A DNA stretch of 63,630 nucleotides, filler included, from Basidiobolus ranarum (GCA_040143965.1; 15 parts of 15 records of this genome joined end to end with filler, not necessarily neighbours in it), one strand, 5' to 3'. Positions 21,293-35,684 are shown, numbered from the whole stretch's first letter. Numbers and translations are program-made. Notes: generated from the letters alone by a model not told the origin.

Positions 21293-23750
21293 TTGCCCTT
21301 TGAAAACTATATTTTTGCAAAAATTGCTGGATGTTGAATATGTTAAAGTATTTGGGAGCCTGTTGGAAGTGGTTTGGAGAATTAGAGGAATTGGTGGTTT
21401 TCACTTATTGATTTATTGAGTAGAAAGTTTACATTTACAGTTTGTCAAGATGTAAACAAACTAACGTGTAGAATATGTTAAGGAAGGTCCCAGGAGCATG
21501 TGTGCAAAGTTTGGTATTTCTAGCACAAGTTTGAAAAATCTATATATCTCAGAACTTTTAAGTTGGTAAAAATACTCTAAGTAAATTCTGATTGAGAATA
21601 ATTGAAAATATCTTAGTGAATTATAAGATAACTAAGTACTAAGCTATATATCACTATATAGGTGTTTAGGCAATGCTAATTTCAACAGAATAACGCATGC
21701 CAAATTTAAGGATCAATATCTTAACATGTATGAATACAATTAAGATACTGTCAAGAGACCACCATCACACCATCAAAATCCCTGACAGAATTCAAGCCAA
21801 CAATATTGTGATGGTTCTCTGAAGTTTTGCTATTTTGGAGGGTGGATCCAATCCGGATCAAATCAATTTTATTTTTGTTAGGGCAATAGTTTTAAATAAC
21901 TTAAATCTTCCTCCTTCCAAACGGTATAAGAGTCATATTTATTTTGATACAATCCATCATGTTGGGACCTAGTTCACCAGTGCCTATAGATAGCTTCTTG
22001 GAGCCTTTGATTGATGAATTTGAATGGTTATCTAATGTGGTTCAGATGGGGGATATTTTACTAAAGCTAATATCATCATATCTATTGGTGGTGCTCCTGC
22101 CATCAGTAAACTTGGAGGTTTTATGGGTGCAATGCACTATCTTCCTGTAGATTTTGTCAAATCAATGGAGGTTACTCTATCAGGCATATTTATTGCTACT
22201 ATCCAAGTACAAAACTAAACTTCAAATTTTTACCATGAAGAGCCCAGTCAAACTTTAACATGATTGCTAATATCAGCTCACCAAATATTCAGTCTAACAT
22301 CACACTGGGTATTAGCCATAAGCCTAATATCATATTGCTAAAGGGGATCAGCTGGAGCCAGAGCTATCTATTAGGCACTATTCACTTACTATTCAACAAC
22401 ATTCCATTACTACTTACTCAGCTATATAGAAAAAACTTTAACATGACGGAGTCATTCAAGATAGGATTAAAGTTTGAATCAACTGGGAAAATGCTTGAAA
22501 ATGTCAAGATACCATCATATTTTACCAGAACTCCCATCAACATCCACTCATCTAGGCATTTATTCAAATGCAAAGACTGGAAGTTTTGGATATGTACATA
22601 TTCAAGTGGAATCTTGAAAAGATATCTGCCTAATAAGTATTGGCAACATTGGGAGTTGTTTGTGGATGTTGTTAATATAATCTAATGGCATCAACTCACA
22701 TTGGCAGATCTCTGGCAGATACAGCAACTGTGTGAAGATTGTGTAATTGGATATGAAAAACTTTATTACAGGTTTAAAGACAATAGACTGAATTCATGCT
22801 GTTATTCAATATATTTCCTGCTGCATCTTTAACAATGCTTAGTGATTATAGGCCCTTGCTATACATTCTGGGAGTTCACAATAGAGTGCACCTGCAGTGA
22901 AATGATGCTCCATGTGAAATTGTCAGTATTACATATGCTAATCTGATTAACAATGTATCAGCAAAATCCACAATGGATGTAGTGTAATGGGTTGAGGAGA
23001 CTCCAGAGTATATAAACCTTCAAACAAAGGGCTCTTTTAATGTGCTCATGGGTTTTGGCATTGTTTGAGCATACTAACAGCAACAAAACCCAATTCATGA
23101 ACACAGAGTAAGTACCTCTATAATTTGGACTAAATTGTTTATGTGATAATCTGATGGTATTTCTAAGAAAGCTGGAAGGCAGACTTCTTTGTGAGATATA
23201 TCAAGAGAAGCAGTATTATTGTTTTAGCCATGGGGTAATCTATTTAAGAAATGACACATCCACTTGTAGTAGGACATTTGTGGACTGCAAGTTGGCGATA
23301 TTTTGGCTGAATTCTTTCCAGAAACTTGCCAAAATCCAAGAGCCTATTCTGATTGTGAATAGTAACAAGAGTCAGCTATTTGCCAAGTGTCAGTGCAATT
23401 CAAAATTTCATATGTTTAACAATTTTTCCACCATTAGTTTGCTGCTAAAGTATATTGCTGTTGTTGAGTTATGTCTGATGAGTCAAGTATGTACATATGT
23501 AGAGACTAAACACAACAAGATTCTTGTATTTTATGCTTCTCATTATGGCTGGAATACAAAGCCTAAAAGATCTAAATAAAGGCATACATATTAATTCAAA
23601 TTCCTACAACAGTAAACCCAGTAATTTGCCATTCAATAATTAGATTTTTGTAAAAATTGCTGGAAATTAAATAATGCATACCAAATGTGAGGATCAATAT
23701 GTTAACATGTATGAATACAATTAAAATACCATCAAAAGGCCACCAATATA
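21293..23750 (+). mobile_element. CACTA/EnSpm relics: a terminus at 21883 followed by a second transposase pseudogene
   Basis: Same family as 10661-12681 (LNNLNLPPS, FLEPLIDEFEWL, FKCKDWKFW). Confidence 0.85.
21341..21687 (-). mobile_element. Copia solo LTR (family A) inserted in CACTA sequence
   Basis: TGTT...AACA ends with a perfect 5-bp TSD GAATA on both sides; the empty site is visible in the copy near 30400. Confidence 0.92.
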
Positions 23751-24829
23751 GTTGTTTTAGGGTGTAAGCAGCAAGTATAACTGTAATATCCTAAGGGTTT
23801 TGTCAGGTGTCCAGAGGGTGCAATAACCATGGTTGATTAACTCTGGGATGTACTCTAATATGGGTATGTCTCTTGCCTCTTGGGTCTTTGTGAAAGGGAA
23901 TGAATCCTCTAGAAATGTCTAAGGACAGATAAACCACAATTCAATGTCCAGCTTTCTGTTGAATAATATGCTGGCACCTGACAAAAGAATATACTGGCTT
24001 CAATGTCCTTTGAGAAGGATCTGATAGAAAGGGTATATTCAATCAAAAACAACTATAAACTCAGCCAGCTGGCTCTTAAACAAGGATGCACTAGTAGTGA
24101 CCAATCCAAGGATATGAAAAGTTACTTGCCTATGCAGACAAAGCTAGGGAAAAAAATATAAAATATCAGAAATACAACACCTACCTGTCAATACTTCCTT
24201 TGAGCCAGTCAAGTCCTTGCTAGTCACACAGTAGCTTGTAACTGTCTCTAGTAGTCTCTCTTGAGCTTCCTCTTCAAAGGTGTTGTAAGTGGTGATGAAA
24301 ATAGGGGGTGATCACAAGTAATAATTGTTAGTTGAAATCCTGGATGATTTTTATTTGAAAAGATATGGCTCCTATTTATACTTTTCTGATGGTAGAAATG
24401 ATTACTAATGAGAATTTCCAGAAAGTAGCAGAGAATTCTATTGGAGGGGATCTAACATCATAAATCTTAAGATTAGTTATCCATGGAATGTTCTGGAAGG
24501 TTGTAGAATAATCTAGAAAGTCATGGAATATTCTAGTAAAATCAAATTTTGATTTGTTAAAGTTCAATCAAGCATCAGATATTCCAAAAATCTTGGGGAA
24601 TGTCATGGAAGATTGTAGAATTTTCCGGAAAATAATAGCACTAATGTGAGTTAATAATGATAAATCTCAAATAATTGGGGATAATACTAATGGTGTAATA
24701 TGATTAACTAGAAAATATAGGTAAGTCAAATATGGATAATAAAATAGAAATGGTGCAATAATAATGATATGGGCTTGGGGTGAAAATAAGTCAACTTGCC
24801 AATGGGTAGCAAAGCTACCTCACTACACC

Positions 24830-25442
24830 ATCTCACCATCAAAATCCCTGGCAGAATGCAAGCCACCAATATTGAGATGGTTCTCTGACAGTTTTGCAAT
24901 CCAGAGGGGTGGATCCAATCCAGATCAAAGTGATTTTATTTTTGTTAGGGCACAGAAGACTGTAAGGTCTGAACTGGATAAATATTTCAGCTAGCTGGTG
25001 AACCTGTAAGCTGGATTAGTAAGAAACCACAAATTGTTTCATCAGCAACTACATATGCAAAATATATGGCAAGCTCTATGGCTGTTCAAGAAGCTATATG
25101 GCTAAGAAGTCTGGTTCAGGAATTAGAATCCCTAACAAAAATAAAATCAATTTGATCTGGATTGGATCCACCCTCTGAAATAGCAAAACCATCAGAGAAC
25201 TGTCCCAATATTGCTGGCTTGCATTCTGCCAGGAATCTTAATGGTGTGATGGCAGTTTCTTGACAGTATCTTAACGGTATTCATACATGTTGAAATATTG
25301 ATCCTCAAGTTTGGCATGCGTAATTCAATAACCAGCAATTTTTGCAAAAATATAATTTTTGAATGGCAAATTACTGGGTTTACTGCTGTAGGAATTTGAA
25401 TTAATATGCATGCCTTTATTTAGATATTTTAGGCTTTGTATT
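24830..25442. mobile_element. Two back-to-back CACTA termini (ending 24950, starting 25130) around a short Copia RNase H fragment
   Basis: ...TTTTGTTAGGG and CCCTAACAAAA...; the sequence between reads VSWISKKPQIVSSATTYAKYMASSMAVQEAIWLRSLVQEL. Confidence 0.8.
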
Positions 25443-26005
25443 NNNNNNNNNNNNNNNNNNNNNNNNNNNNNNNNNNNNNNNNNNNNTTAATTAATTAANN
25501 NNNNNNNNNNNNNNNNNNNNNNNNNNNNNNNNNNNNNNNNNNAAAATAGTCAGGGTTTCTGGGTTTTTACCTTTGATACTTAGATATATCGAATTGCTTT
25601 CACCTTATATAAATATCTACACAACAATAAACTTTAAACATCTCAGATAACGATTCATACGTGTGCATAAATCAAATCACGGCATTCAGAGTCAGAGTCC
25701 AACAATCAATTTCCACCATCATAAGCCTAATTCCTCAATGCGAATGGATAATTATTCTGCTTAACTCTTAAACCAAATTACGTTCTGATCTGAATAAAGA
25801 AAAAAATTCTCTTTAGAAAGAAAAAAAAGTGTAAATCAAGACTAACATGAGTGATTGAATGCTAATTTTTTTTTCATATATAGCTTTCAAGTAATAGAAA
25901 GACTGGGTTTCGAAAAATTAATTAATTCTTTTTTTTTTGTGTATACATACCAGTCTTGTTTAGACTCTTTCTCACCAAACTCGTTATTTTATTTAAAGAA
26001 AAAGA

Positions 26006-27184
26006 ATGTTAAGAGCCATGTAAGATTACTATTCAATATCCAACCCTGTGTAGAAAAAACTAACCGTAACTATTTACAGTAAACCTAAGACCGCCCGTTC
26101 TAAGCGTGCTTTTGAGAAGCGTGAGCCTAAAGTTGTGGAGAACACCAAGACCGCTTTGTTCGTTCGTGGTAGTCAGACTAGTCAAATAGTTAATGATGCT
26201 TTAAATGATTTGGTAAGTCTCTTTTTCATCAACTCTTGTATATAGATATCGATAAATGCTGCTTTTATAACCATACTAACCACCGTCTCAATTATTTTAG
26301 TACTCTCTCAAAAAACCTGAGGCTGTTAACTTCACAAAGAAAAACAAAATTCATCCTTTCGACGATGAAACTAGTTTAGAATTCTTTAGTAAGAAGAACG
26401 ATGTTTCTTTGTTCGTCGTTGGAACTCACTCCAAGAAAAGACCTCACAATTTGATCTTGGGTAGAACTTTTGATAATCAAATTCTTGATATGATGGAGCT
26501 CGGCATAGAACGTGGTATTCCAATCAAAGCATTCAAGGTAAATGGTTTTGCAAAAATACAAAATTGATTTCCTTGTGTACTAATTCATAAATATAGTCTT
26601 CCAAGTGCGCTATCGGTATGAAGCCTTGTTTTGTATTTAACGGTGAAGTTTGGGATCAGCGTGAGGATTACTTGAAACTTAAGAATATACTTTTGGACTT
26701 TTATCACGGAACAACCGTCGACTCTGTCAATTTGGCCGGTTTAGAATATGTGATTTCTGTTACTGCTGGTCCACTTAAAGCTGATGGTACTCCCGGTACA
26801 GTCTACTTCCGTGTTTATACCATTCAAATGAAGAATTCTGGTCAACGCACACCTAGAGTTGAGCTCGAGGAGATGGGCCCATCATTGGATTTAACTTTCA
26901 GAAGATCCAAGTTCGCTCCTGAAGAAATCATGAGACAGGCTACCAAGGCTCCTAGAGAGATCAAGGTTAGTATAATTCTTTCCATCCCATTAACCTGCTA
27001 ACATACTAACATATTTCAATTACCACAGCCCAAGAAGGTTAAGAATGTTAAGCACGATGATATGGGTGACAAGTTCGGACGTATCCATCTTGGTAAGCAA
27101 GACTTCGAGAAGATTCAAACACGTAAGATGAAGGGTTTGAAGAAAAGAAAGGTCTCTGATGACGAAGAAGAGGATGAAGAGTAA
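26006..27184 (+). CDS. RPF2: Ribosome biogenesis protein Rpf2 (Brix domain), 5 exons
   Basis: MLRAIKPKTARSKRAFEKREPKVVEN, HPFDDETSLEFF, HSKKRPHNL, PRVELEEMGP and QTRKMKGLK; GT-AG introns with CTAAC/CTAAT branch sites. Confidence 0.95.
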
Positions 27185-27585
27185 TCCAAGTAGTAATTTT
27201 ACACTCCTTTAGGAATTGCATTTTCCATGTATTCACTCAGATTAAATTTTCTCCCCTTCTTCACACCTTTTATACATCACCTTTCCTTTGATAGTTGATT
27301 TTTTCGTATGTTATAAGCCAGTTGAATTATTGTACCCATTTTAAAATAGACAATGCTAGTAATAATAAAGAAAATGTGCCAAACACTGCGTTTTCTACTT
27401 AATGTCCATTTCCTTGAATGAATTGTTCTTGATTGTCCGATACAATACTAATAAATATTCACAACAACTTGGAAAAATCCAGTAAATAAAATTTTGAAAA
27501 ACAAGAATCTATGTTTTTAAAAAGAACTATGGCGGTTGTATTGTTGATGAGTAAAAGTAAACGAGAACTTTCAACACAGAATGGT

Positions 27586-28742
27586 TTAGATGGAGGTGGT
27601 GGATTCAGTGGACTTTGGGGTGGCCGGTTTGGTAGCTTCTTCGTATTCTAACAAGCGATCGATATCGGAGACTCTCCAGGCAAATGTACCATCGTTCCAT
27701 GCTTCAGTAAGTTTGTTCGCAGGCTCAAAATATTCCGTCTCGAATGACATAATGATGGAACGACGTGCCTTATCATCTACTAGGGTTTTATCCTTTTGCT
27801 CAAGTTGGAAATGCATGTCAGCATCTACTTCCACATCGACCTTGAAGCAAATTCCTTTATCACTTTCTTTGGAGATAAACTCGACATATTTTGCGAAAGA
27901 TTCACTCTCCAAACCTTTCTTATGATAAGCTAATGTGTAAGTACAAGTTTGACGTCTTACAAAGTTCTCCGTATCAGTTAATGCTTTTTTAGGGCCTTCA
28001 ATAACCCACACATCTTTCACAAAACCATCGTAGAGACGAATAAAATCAAGATTGACGGTAGCATTTTGCTTGGATAGATTTTCGAATTCTGAGACGTAAC
28101 GTTCGTACAATTTGGGGGTTAAGTTATTTTTTAACTGTGGTAAATTCTTATTACTTATATCACGACACACTTCTTTCGTGGCAAGTGCCGCTAAATAAAA
28201 TAGAAAGTTAACCAACTGAAGTCTCACTGATAAAATTTCACTTAGAAAATAACTTTACCTCCAATAAGAAATTGGTCCGGGAAATAGTCGGGAGAAGTGT
28301 AACTTTGTAGTTTAGAACCACAATGCCAGCGAGCAATGGGTGGTACGATATACTCGGCTAAAGGGAAATCCTTAACACGTGGGTGCATGTTGTATTCCGG
28401 GGTACTGATACGAGCTGGTTGATTACCATACAACCAAGCTGATATCCCATGAAAAAGAAAAGAAAAATATTCAACCAAGGGAAAATAAAAGTCACAAGTT
28501 AGACGCTTCAACAAAGTACTAGAAATTTAATATGAAAACATACGAAAGTTTACCGGCTCATCTTGAGTTTGACTGACTGTCGTTGGTTCTGGCTTTTCGG
28601 AGCCTTCCGCTGAGAAAAACCGTTTGGATAACTGAAATGGACTAAGCTTTGTAGTCGGACCTAGAATATAACTTTTGATAGCATGTTGATGGACATGGAC
28701 ACCACGACGTAAAATGTTCGTACGACTCATTGAACTCAACAT
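27586..28742 (-). CDS. Uncharacterised mitochondrial protein, possibly Tim44-like/MAIP1-like, with introns
   Basis: Presequence MLSSMSRTNILRR; three consecutive coding blocks separated by introns; YFPDQFLIG-AALA...VC..IS and a C-terminal WRVSDID motif. Confidence 0.6.
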
Positions 28743-29884
28743 TGAAAGTGGATAAGAATAGTAATAAGTAATAATACTGACAAGCTGAATATCTATGTCG
28801 TTATTGACTTTTTGTTCAGTAACGATGTATCTGAAAAATGATTACTGAGTTAGTGTCAGCTAATAATAGTAAATTTCGATGATGGAAAAATTGGCGTCAT
28901 CAAAAGCTAACTAATGCTCCCCAACTGTAATTTCGCTACTTTATCCCCAAATAGATTGTAACCGCCACGAGTAATAGCAAGATAATCAGCGAGCTAGTAA
29001 ATGTACCTAAATTTTCTACCTAATTGTTTCTATATCGCCGCATACTAGTAATCGTCACTTGGCAAGATTGTGAAGGTGAAGAAAGATAATGTAATCACAG
29101 TTCTTTCGAATCAAGACCTTACAGTGATCGATGAAAGATTTCAGTCAACACATTCAGTATAGCACAAGCATATTCTAAACCTGCGCTAATCAATCGTTGA
29201 AATCTTGCTTGGTCTGTTGTTGGGGTGAACATCATAAATATGATTATATCTGATTTTATTCTAATCAAGAGCCCGATTCATCAATTGAAATCAAGGTTAC
29301 AACCAGGTTGAGTTCTGGATTTGGTTAACTGGGTGGGAAACGATGGTTCATTAAACGTGACTTGCAAGGGCCGTGATATTAGCCAAGATATATTGAAACA
29401 CGAGAAGATTAGAAATGAGTATAATGTCATGTTCTGTTCACGTAATAATGTTTCAAATAAGCCTCAAAAATAGAATATAGATAGATTTATTCATTTGTAT
29501 GAATGAAAGAGAGAGCAAGTACAAGTGTCAAAGAAATCCGCTTGTTATCTGCACAGCAGTTTATTAATCTTATACGTATGGTGTATATCTACCACTTACG
29601 TAGTTTCTATTGATGCCAAATGTATTGAACACCAGCTCCGGAGTAGAAATTTCCATAAGATGTAGAGTAGACTCCACCTTGGCCATTAAANNNNNNNNNN
29701 NNNNNNNNNNNNNNNNNNNNNNNNNNNNNNNNNNTTAATTAATTAANNNNNNNNNNNNNNNNNNNNNNNNNNNNNNNNNNNNNNNNNNNNGGGCAGAAAT
29801 GAATAAAACTTCCTCCTTGGTTGAAACCTGATTTGCTTGTTCTGACTTCTCATTTTTGCTGTAATTTCTTGATTTGCAATCTTT

Positions 29885-30600
29885 TATCTATGGTATTTTT
29901 AGGAAATCTGCAAGACAGATTGCTTGGTGAGATAGATCAAGATATGGAGTATTATTGTTTTAGCCATGGGGTAATCTATTCCAGCAATGACACATCTACT
30001 TGAGGGAGCACATTTGTTGACTGCAAGATGGAGATATATTGGCTGAATTCTTGATGGAAATTTGCTAAAATCCAAGAGCTTATTCGCATTGTGAATGGTA
30101 ACAAGAGTCAGCTCTTTGCCAAGTGTCAGTACTATTCAAAATTAAAGATGTTTAGCAATTTTTCCAACATTAGTTTGCTGGTAAAGCATATTGATGTTGT
30201 TGAGTTTTGTCTAATCAGTCAAGTTTGTGCATATGTGGAGACTAAATACACAAGATTCTTGTATTTTTTGATTCTCATTATGACTGGAATACAAAGCCTA
30301 AAATATCTAAATAAAAGCATGCATATTAATACAAATTCCTACAGTGGTAAATCCAGTAGTTTGCCATTTGATAATTCAATTTTTGCTAAAGTTGCTGGAT
30401 ATTGAATAATGCATGCCAAATTTGAGGATCAATATTTTAACCTGTATGAATACTGTCAAAATACCATTAAGAAACCACTGTCGCACCATTAAAATCCCTG
30501 GCAGAATGCAAGCTACCAATATTGTGACAGTTCTCTGATGGTTTTGCTCTTTTGGAGCATGGATCTGATCTGAATCAAATTTATTTTATTTTTGTTAGGG
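29885..30600 (+). mobile_element. CACTA/EnSpm 3' region and terminus
   Basis: Similar to 23150-23750 and 10661-11372; ends TTTTGTTAGGG. Confidence 0.85.
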
Positions 30601-31163
30601 CTTGTGAAAGGCAAGGATAGCTTCTGGTGATCTCTTTGGCTCTTTTTCTTCTCCTGTAAGAAATCCCCAAAGAACCTTGTCTTTGAGCACCATTTGCATC
30701 TTGAACTTCCATAGGTGAAAGTCTTCACCATCAAACTTCTTGGTTGATGCAAAAATGTTGGTAATAGTACTGGTAGATATTTCTTTAACAGCTAGCTTAG
30801 GGTTCACGGCCTGATAAAAGTGTTTAGGGGATTAGGAAGTGTTTTAGACAAGTTTTGGATTTGTGAATAAGACACTTAAGTTTTATTGAATTGAATTTGT
30901 CCTATTTAAAGTTTAGTATGCAACAAGACTATTGGATGAGCTTAGAACATAATAAACATGCCTGTTAAGCATGGGTGAAAATTTGAGGTGATTTGGAGAA
31001 GATTTGAGAAAATAGTGAAAATTGGTAAAAGTGATCTAATTGATAAGTTGAACATTTAGAGCAATAAACACACATTTTTGAATGACAGAATTGAGTGCTA
31101 AATAATCAGAATATGAATAAACTAACCACTAAATAATGAGTTGCTATTTACCTGATATCAACC
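30601..31163 (-). mobile_element. Copia 5' LTR (family B, 30812-31163), PBS-like site and gag start
   Basis: KFDGEDFHLWKFKMQMVLKDKVLWG (Copia gag N-terminus); the LTR matches 62001-62350. Confidence 0.88.
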
Positions 31164-31779
31164 AATCATGCTTATCAATCCAGCCTGCAAATGTACTATC
31201 TGGTTCAATCTGTCAGTTATCATGGCAAGGTCCTATGACACTTGTTTGGACACTACAAGGACTCATATAATGTCTTGATCTCAGTTGGGCCCAATAGCTT
31301 CTGAAATTATGAAATACCAGCAGTTTTGGCACACAAGTGGCAAATCACTGCTCTCAATGATGGTTAAATCTGCAGTATATTAGTATTCATCAGGATTGTC
31401 TAGTTCATCCTTTTTAGATCAGCAAATTATTCATTCAATAATGTAAGCTTCTAATTGGGTGAAAATGTAAATGATTTGAGCCAGATTGAGCCAATATGGC
31501 TACACAAGCTTTTGATTGAGAGATATTTTTCATTTATATGCAGTGAAGTCACTTGTATCAATAGGCTCTCATATGCTTGTATTAACAGAGCATCATTGAT
31601 TCTTTTGATATATGATAATTTCAGGCTATTAGTGTCTCACAAAGACATAAGCATTTGTGATCCAACTAAAGCAATTTATGCTATACTTAACTGCAATCCA
31701 TTTTGATTACAAATGATGTGTTAAATAGTAAAGATAGGATAATGTAAGTATTAGCAAGAGCATTCAGCAATTGTCCAGG

Positions 31780-33020
31780 TTGGAAGCAGAACATGCCAAA
31801 TTGCTTCCATTATTTTTGCTGTCTCCTTGAGATTTCCAAAGAACTAACTTTGCTTCAGCCTCTGCCCTAGATTGGTTGGTTTGAACCTGCTGAAGTTCCT
31901 CTACCTCAGCCAGCTTGAGTTGTGGCTTGAGGTCAATGTGCAGTTGTATGTGTTGGCTTGTCTGGCCTAGTTTGTGGCTTGTTTGTTTCTACAGTCTCTT
32001 CTTCAGCTATGAAGCCTTCACTTGATGGGCCAGCCCACCATTGCTGTTAGCATGCAATTCTGTGCACTGATCCAGAATGTCTCACTTGAGGTTCATGCTT
32101 GATGGTTATTGATTCTGCAACCATAGTAGTAGCTTCATCTCTTTCAACTGGCCATTAATGTGGTTGCATTCCAGTATGTGTTGGAGCAAGTCATCTACCT
32201 TGAGGTATGTTTTTGACTGTTGTGGCTTCTTCAAGCACAGTAAGAGCTTCACTATCTCTCTCAAACACCTGTTGTCTTGGTCTTGTGCGGCATGCATTAT
32301 AACAAATTGCTGTCTAAGTAGTTTGCTTGCAGGTGTCACATCATCATCCAAAATAGTGGAAGGTGCAATAATTCTGGCAGTTGGCCTTTGTTGCTGTTAT
32401 ACTGTAGTATACATTAAGCTGGTATGTCTGTCTGGTGGCATGCTCCTGGTAGCTGAGTCTTGTTCAGAGGTAAAAAACTCACTGGCTGGTTTGGTTGAAT
32501 CAGGTAAATTGTGCACAATATTGCATGAGAATGCAGGCCATCCTCTTTGTGGTTCTTCATTGACTGCTTGCTTCTCATCAAAAATGAGAGAAACATCACA
32601 GACTCTTCCAAGCTGGCATTGCTGTCAATGTGTACTACTGGCTGTTGAACCAACTCATTGGGCTATTGCCCTTGTTGGAGAGGTTATCTCAATTCTGGTG
32701 GTGAGTTGTGTAGCTTTTTCCTGTGAAATTGATACCTTGTCCGGATTCTCTGCAATTTGTAATGATCTGGTATATCTGTGCAATGGTCTGGACTACTCCA
32801 ATTTGCCTTTGGGAATATCTTCTGATTCAGTATACTTTGCTGCTTTTTCTTTACATCTCTGTTGATCACTCTTGCCAAAGTGTCCTGAAATGTTGTTTTG
32901 AGTTCTGCAACCTCCATCAACAGTTGCTGCAAAGTCTTGTTGAGTAGTGGGTGACATCTATTAAGAATATCTTTGGCATCTGAAGTTGAGGCCACAATGG
33001 TTGCTTCCAGTCCATACAGG
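31780..33020 (-). pseudogene. Decayed CpG-depleted ORF, probably transposon-derived (coiled-coil plus Ser/Thr/Gln-rich)
   Basis: Successive broken minus-strand frames; no diagnostic motif recognised. Confidence 0.35.
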
Positions 33021-33024
33021 CATA

Positions 33025-33938
33025 TGATAAAAGTGTTTATGGGACTTGAAAGTCTTTTGGACAAGATTTGGATTTGTGAATAGCTACCTGAGTTTTGTTG
33101 TATTGAATATGTCCTATTTGCAGTTTACTATGAAATAGGACTATTGGACATGCATAGATCATAACAAACAAGCCTGTTAAACATGGGTGACAAGGTGATG
33201 TGATTAGCAGAAGTTTTGAGAAAAAAGTGAAAATTGGTAAAAGTGATCCAATTGATATTTATCAATAAGAGCACTAAACACATGTTTTTGAATGACAGAA
33301 TTGAGTGCTTAAAAATGAGAATATAAATAAACTAATCAATAAACAATCAGTTGCTATTTACCTAAATTTGACTTTGCCACTCAACTAACAATTTTGTATT
33401 TCTCTTAAACCTAACATATGCCTTCATGATTCAAATTGTGCTTTAGCTAAAGGTTTGATTAAGACATCAGCAATCATTTCTTCAGTAGGGCAATAGCAAA
33501 GTTCAATATTATCATTCCCTATTACTTCTCTAATGAAATGACACCTAATATCTATATGTTTTGATCTGGCATGAAATGGAGGGTTTTTCGCTAATGAAAT
33601 ACAACATTGATTATCTTCAAATACAGTAGTAGAACATTTTACATGTATCCTAAGTCTGAAAATAACTTCCCCAACCACATAGCTTCTTGTGTAGTAGCAG
33701 AGGCAGCCATATACTCAGCTTCTGTAGTGCAGAGTGCTATGATTGGTTGCTTCTTACTATTCCAAGTTATGGCTCCATTACCATAGAGAAAAGTGTACCC
33801 AGATGTTGATCTTCTATCATCAAGATTCTTCCCCAGTCTGCACCACTGTAGTGTTAAAAAATTTGTGATTCAAGTGGGGCAGAGTATTCCAGATCTAGAT
33901 CTACAGTTCCTCTCAAATGCTTGAATAGTCATTTTACT
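33025..33938 (-). mobile_element. Copia RNase H and 3' LTR (family B)
   Basis: FEDNQCCISLAKNPPFHARSKHIDIRCHFIRE; PPT-like TTGAGTGGCAA before the LTR (33025 to about 33373). Confidence 0.9.
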
Positions 33939-34099
33939 NNNNNNNNNNNNNNNNNNNNNNNNNNNNNNNNNNNNNNNNNNNNTTAATTAATTAANNNNNN
34001 NNNNNNNNNNNNNNNNNNNNNNNNNNNNNNNNNNNNNNCCAAGTACTCTCCTACCTTCTAGCCTCTTGTTGTTGTTTCCAGTCCTTGTCCAGTTCCTTA

Positions 34100-35433
34100 T
34101 TGTGACAAAGCCTACACAATGACCCATAATTGCTTGGGCACATGAAAGTAGAAATCTTATAGGAAAACCGGCAAACCAAAAGACTCTGAATGTCAGAGCT
34201 GCCATCACTTGCTCTGATTATGAGTGATTTGACATTTTGGAAACTGTGCAGAGTCTTGCCCAAAAGCACCTGGATTTGAGCTAATTGTGGGAAAACCAAA
34301 GACCAGGTGTTACTTTGAAGGTCTTAACTTATTTGATGTGGCTTATCCTAGGCTTTTGCAAGCAAATGGCAATTGAGCTAGTATAGGCCTATTCATTAAA
34401 CATCCCAAAATGTACACAATTATTGACTTGTAAAAGAAAGAAAAGCAGCTAAAGAAGTACTCAAGCAGCAGGAAGTTGGTAAACCCAAGGGAAAGCAAAG
34501 GAGCCAGTGAGTTTAGGCTTTATTCTCTCACTGACCAAATTCTTCACATAATTACAAAGATCTGCATTTCCAGAGTCAGATATACTGGCACAAAAGCTTA
34601 ATTTCACCATGGAGCCAGGTACACCAGTTGGAAGAGTGCTAAATTTGGATGTTTGTCCAAGACCTGGCATCTCTCAACTAGCCAAAACACCAGCAAATAA
34701 AACTCATGGCTCTCCAACCTCAACTGGTACTTTCGGACATTTTGAAATTAGCCCCAAACTTAAGGGCAGGCAAAAAGCCACACAAACACTGCAAAGCACC
34801 CTCAGCAGTGTTGCAGTACAAGGATGTACAAAAATAGTCAAAGTGCTTAAGGAGTATTTTCAAAAGCATGAAGGGAAAAACACAGTACAAGTATGCAGAA
34901 AGTTGATTCAGACAAGGAATATTCTAGTTGACATTCAGTCTGGTGTTGACCATGCAGATATCTGGGAAGAACTTAATACAGAGTGGCACAATATTGCAGG
35001 GTATCTGCCAGATAGCTGGCATAATGTTGATTCAGCAACATTAATACAATAGTGGGCTTTGCTGGAGATATTTATACAAACTTATGTTGGGTATGAGCTA
35101 AACCTTGGGTATGAAGAATTCTATAAAAATATTCAGGAGATTATATCAAAGAGACTAGTGATTTTGAAGGTGACAAATTAGTGTTCAAGTGGTAATTGTG
35201 CAAAATTTGAGTTATGTTTTTTGCACATGTGTTGATCCATAGTTCTCTGAGATTGTAGCCAATCATATGGTACTATTTGCAAGATCTTGAAATTTACTCC
35301 TGAAACTTGAAAGATTGATCAAAATCAAATCTAACTTGATGATTTTATGATGGTAAGCAAATGGTCAATCCTAAATGGATTAAAATTGTGATGGTATTCC
35401 TACAATAACAATCCTCAAATTTCTGTTTGAGGG
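34100..35433 (+). mobile_element. Third copy of the 116-2213 repeat family
   Basis: Colinear with about 900-2213; ends TTTCTGTTTGAGGG. Confidence 0.75.
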
Positions 35434-35444
35434 AAAAGGGATGA

Positions 35445-35684
35445 TGTAAGGATGATCAGGTGACCTTTCATGGATGGTCATGGCTGAAATATACTATCCT
35501 TGCAATGATATGATTGGTCAGGCTTAATAGAATGTTCCAAAGAACATTACTTTCATATAAGGTAACATGGAGGAACTAGCAAAAGATTGCCAAGAAAGGA
35601 TGGCACAGCAGATGTGATGTTATAATCTAATAATAGAAGAGTTCCATTTCCTGTGGATGAGTATTTCAAGATCAGAATCATGAC
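35445..35684. mobile_element. Short LTR-like repeat (TGTAA...TGACA)
   Basis: Its 3' half recurs at 55262-55366 in front of different flanking sequence. Confidence 0.55.

Noticed and set aside
32158-32865. 235-aa Cys-rich plus-strand ORF
   Set aside because: Antisense shadow of TG-rich, CpG-eroded repeat DNA; no domain recognised.
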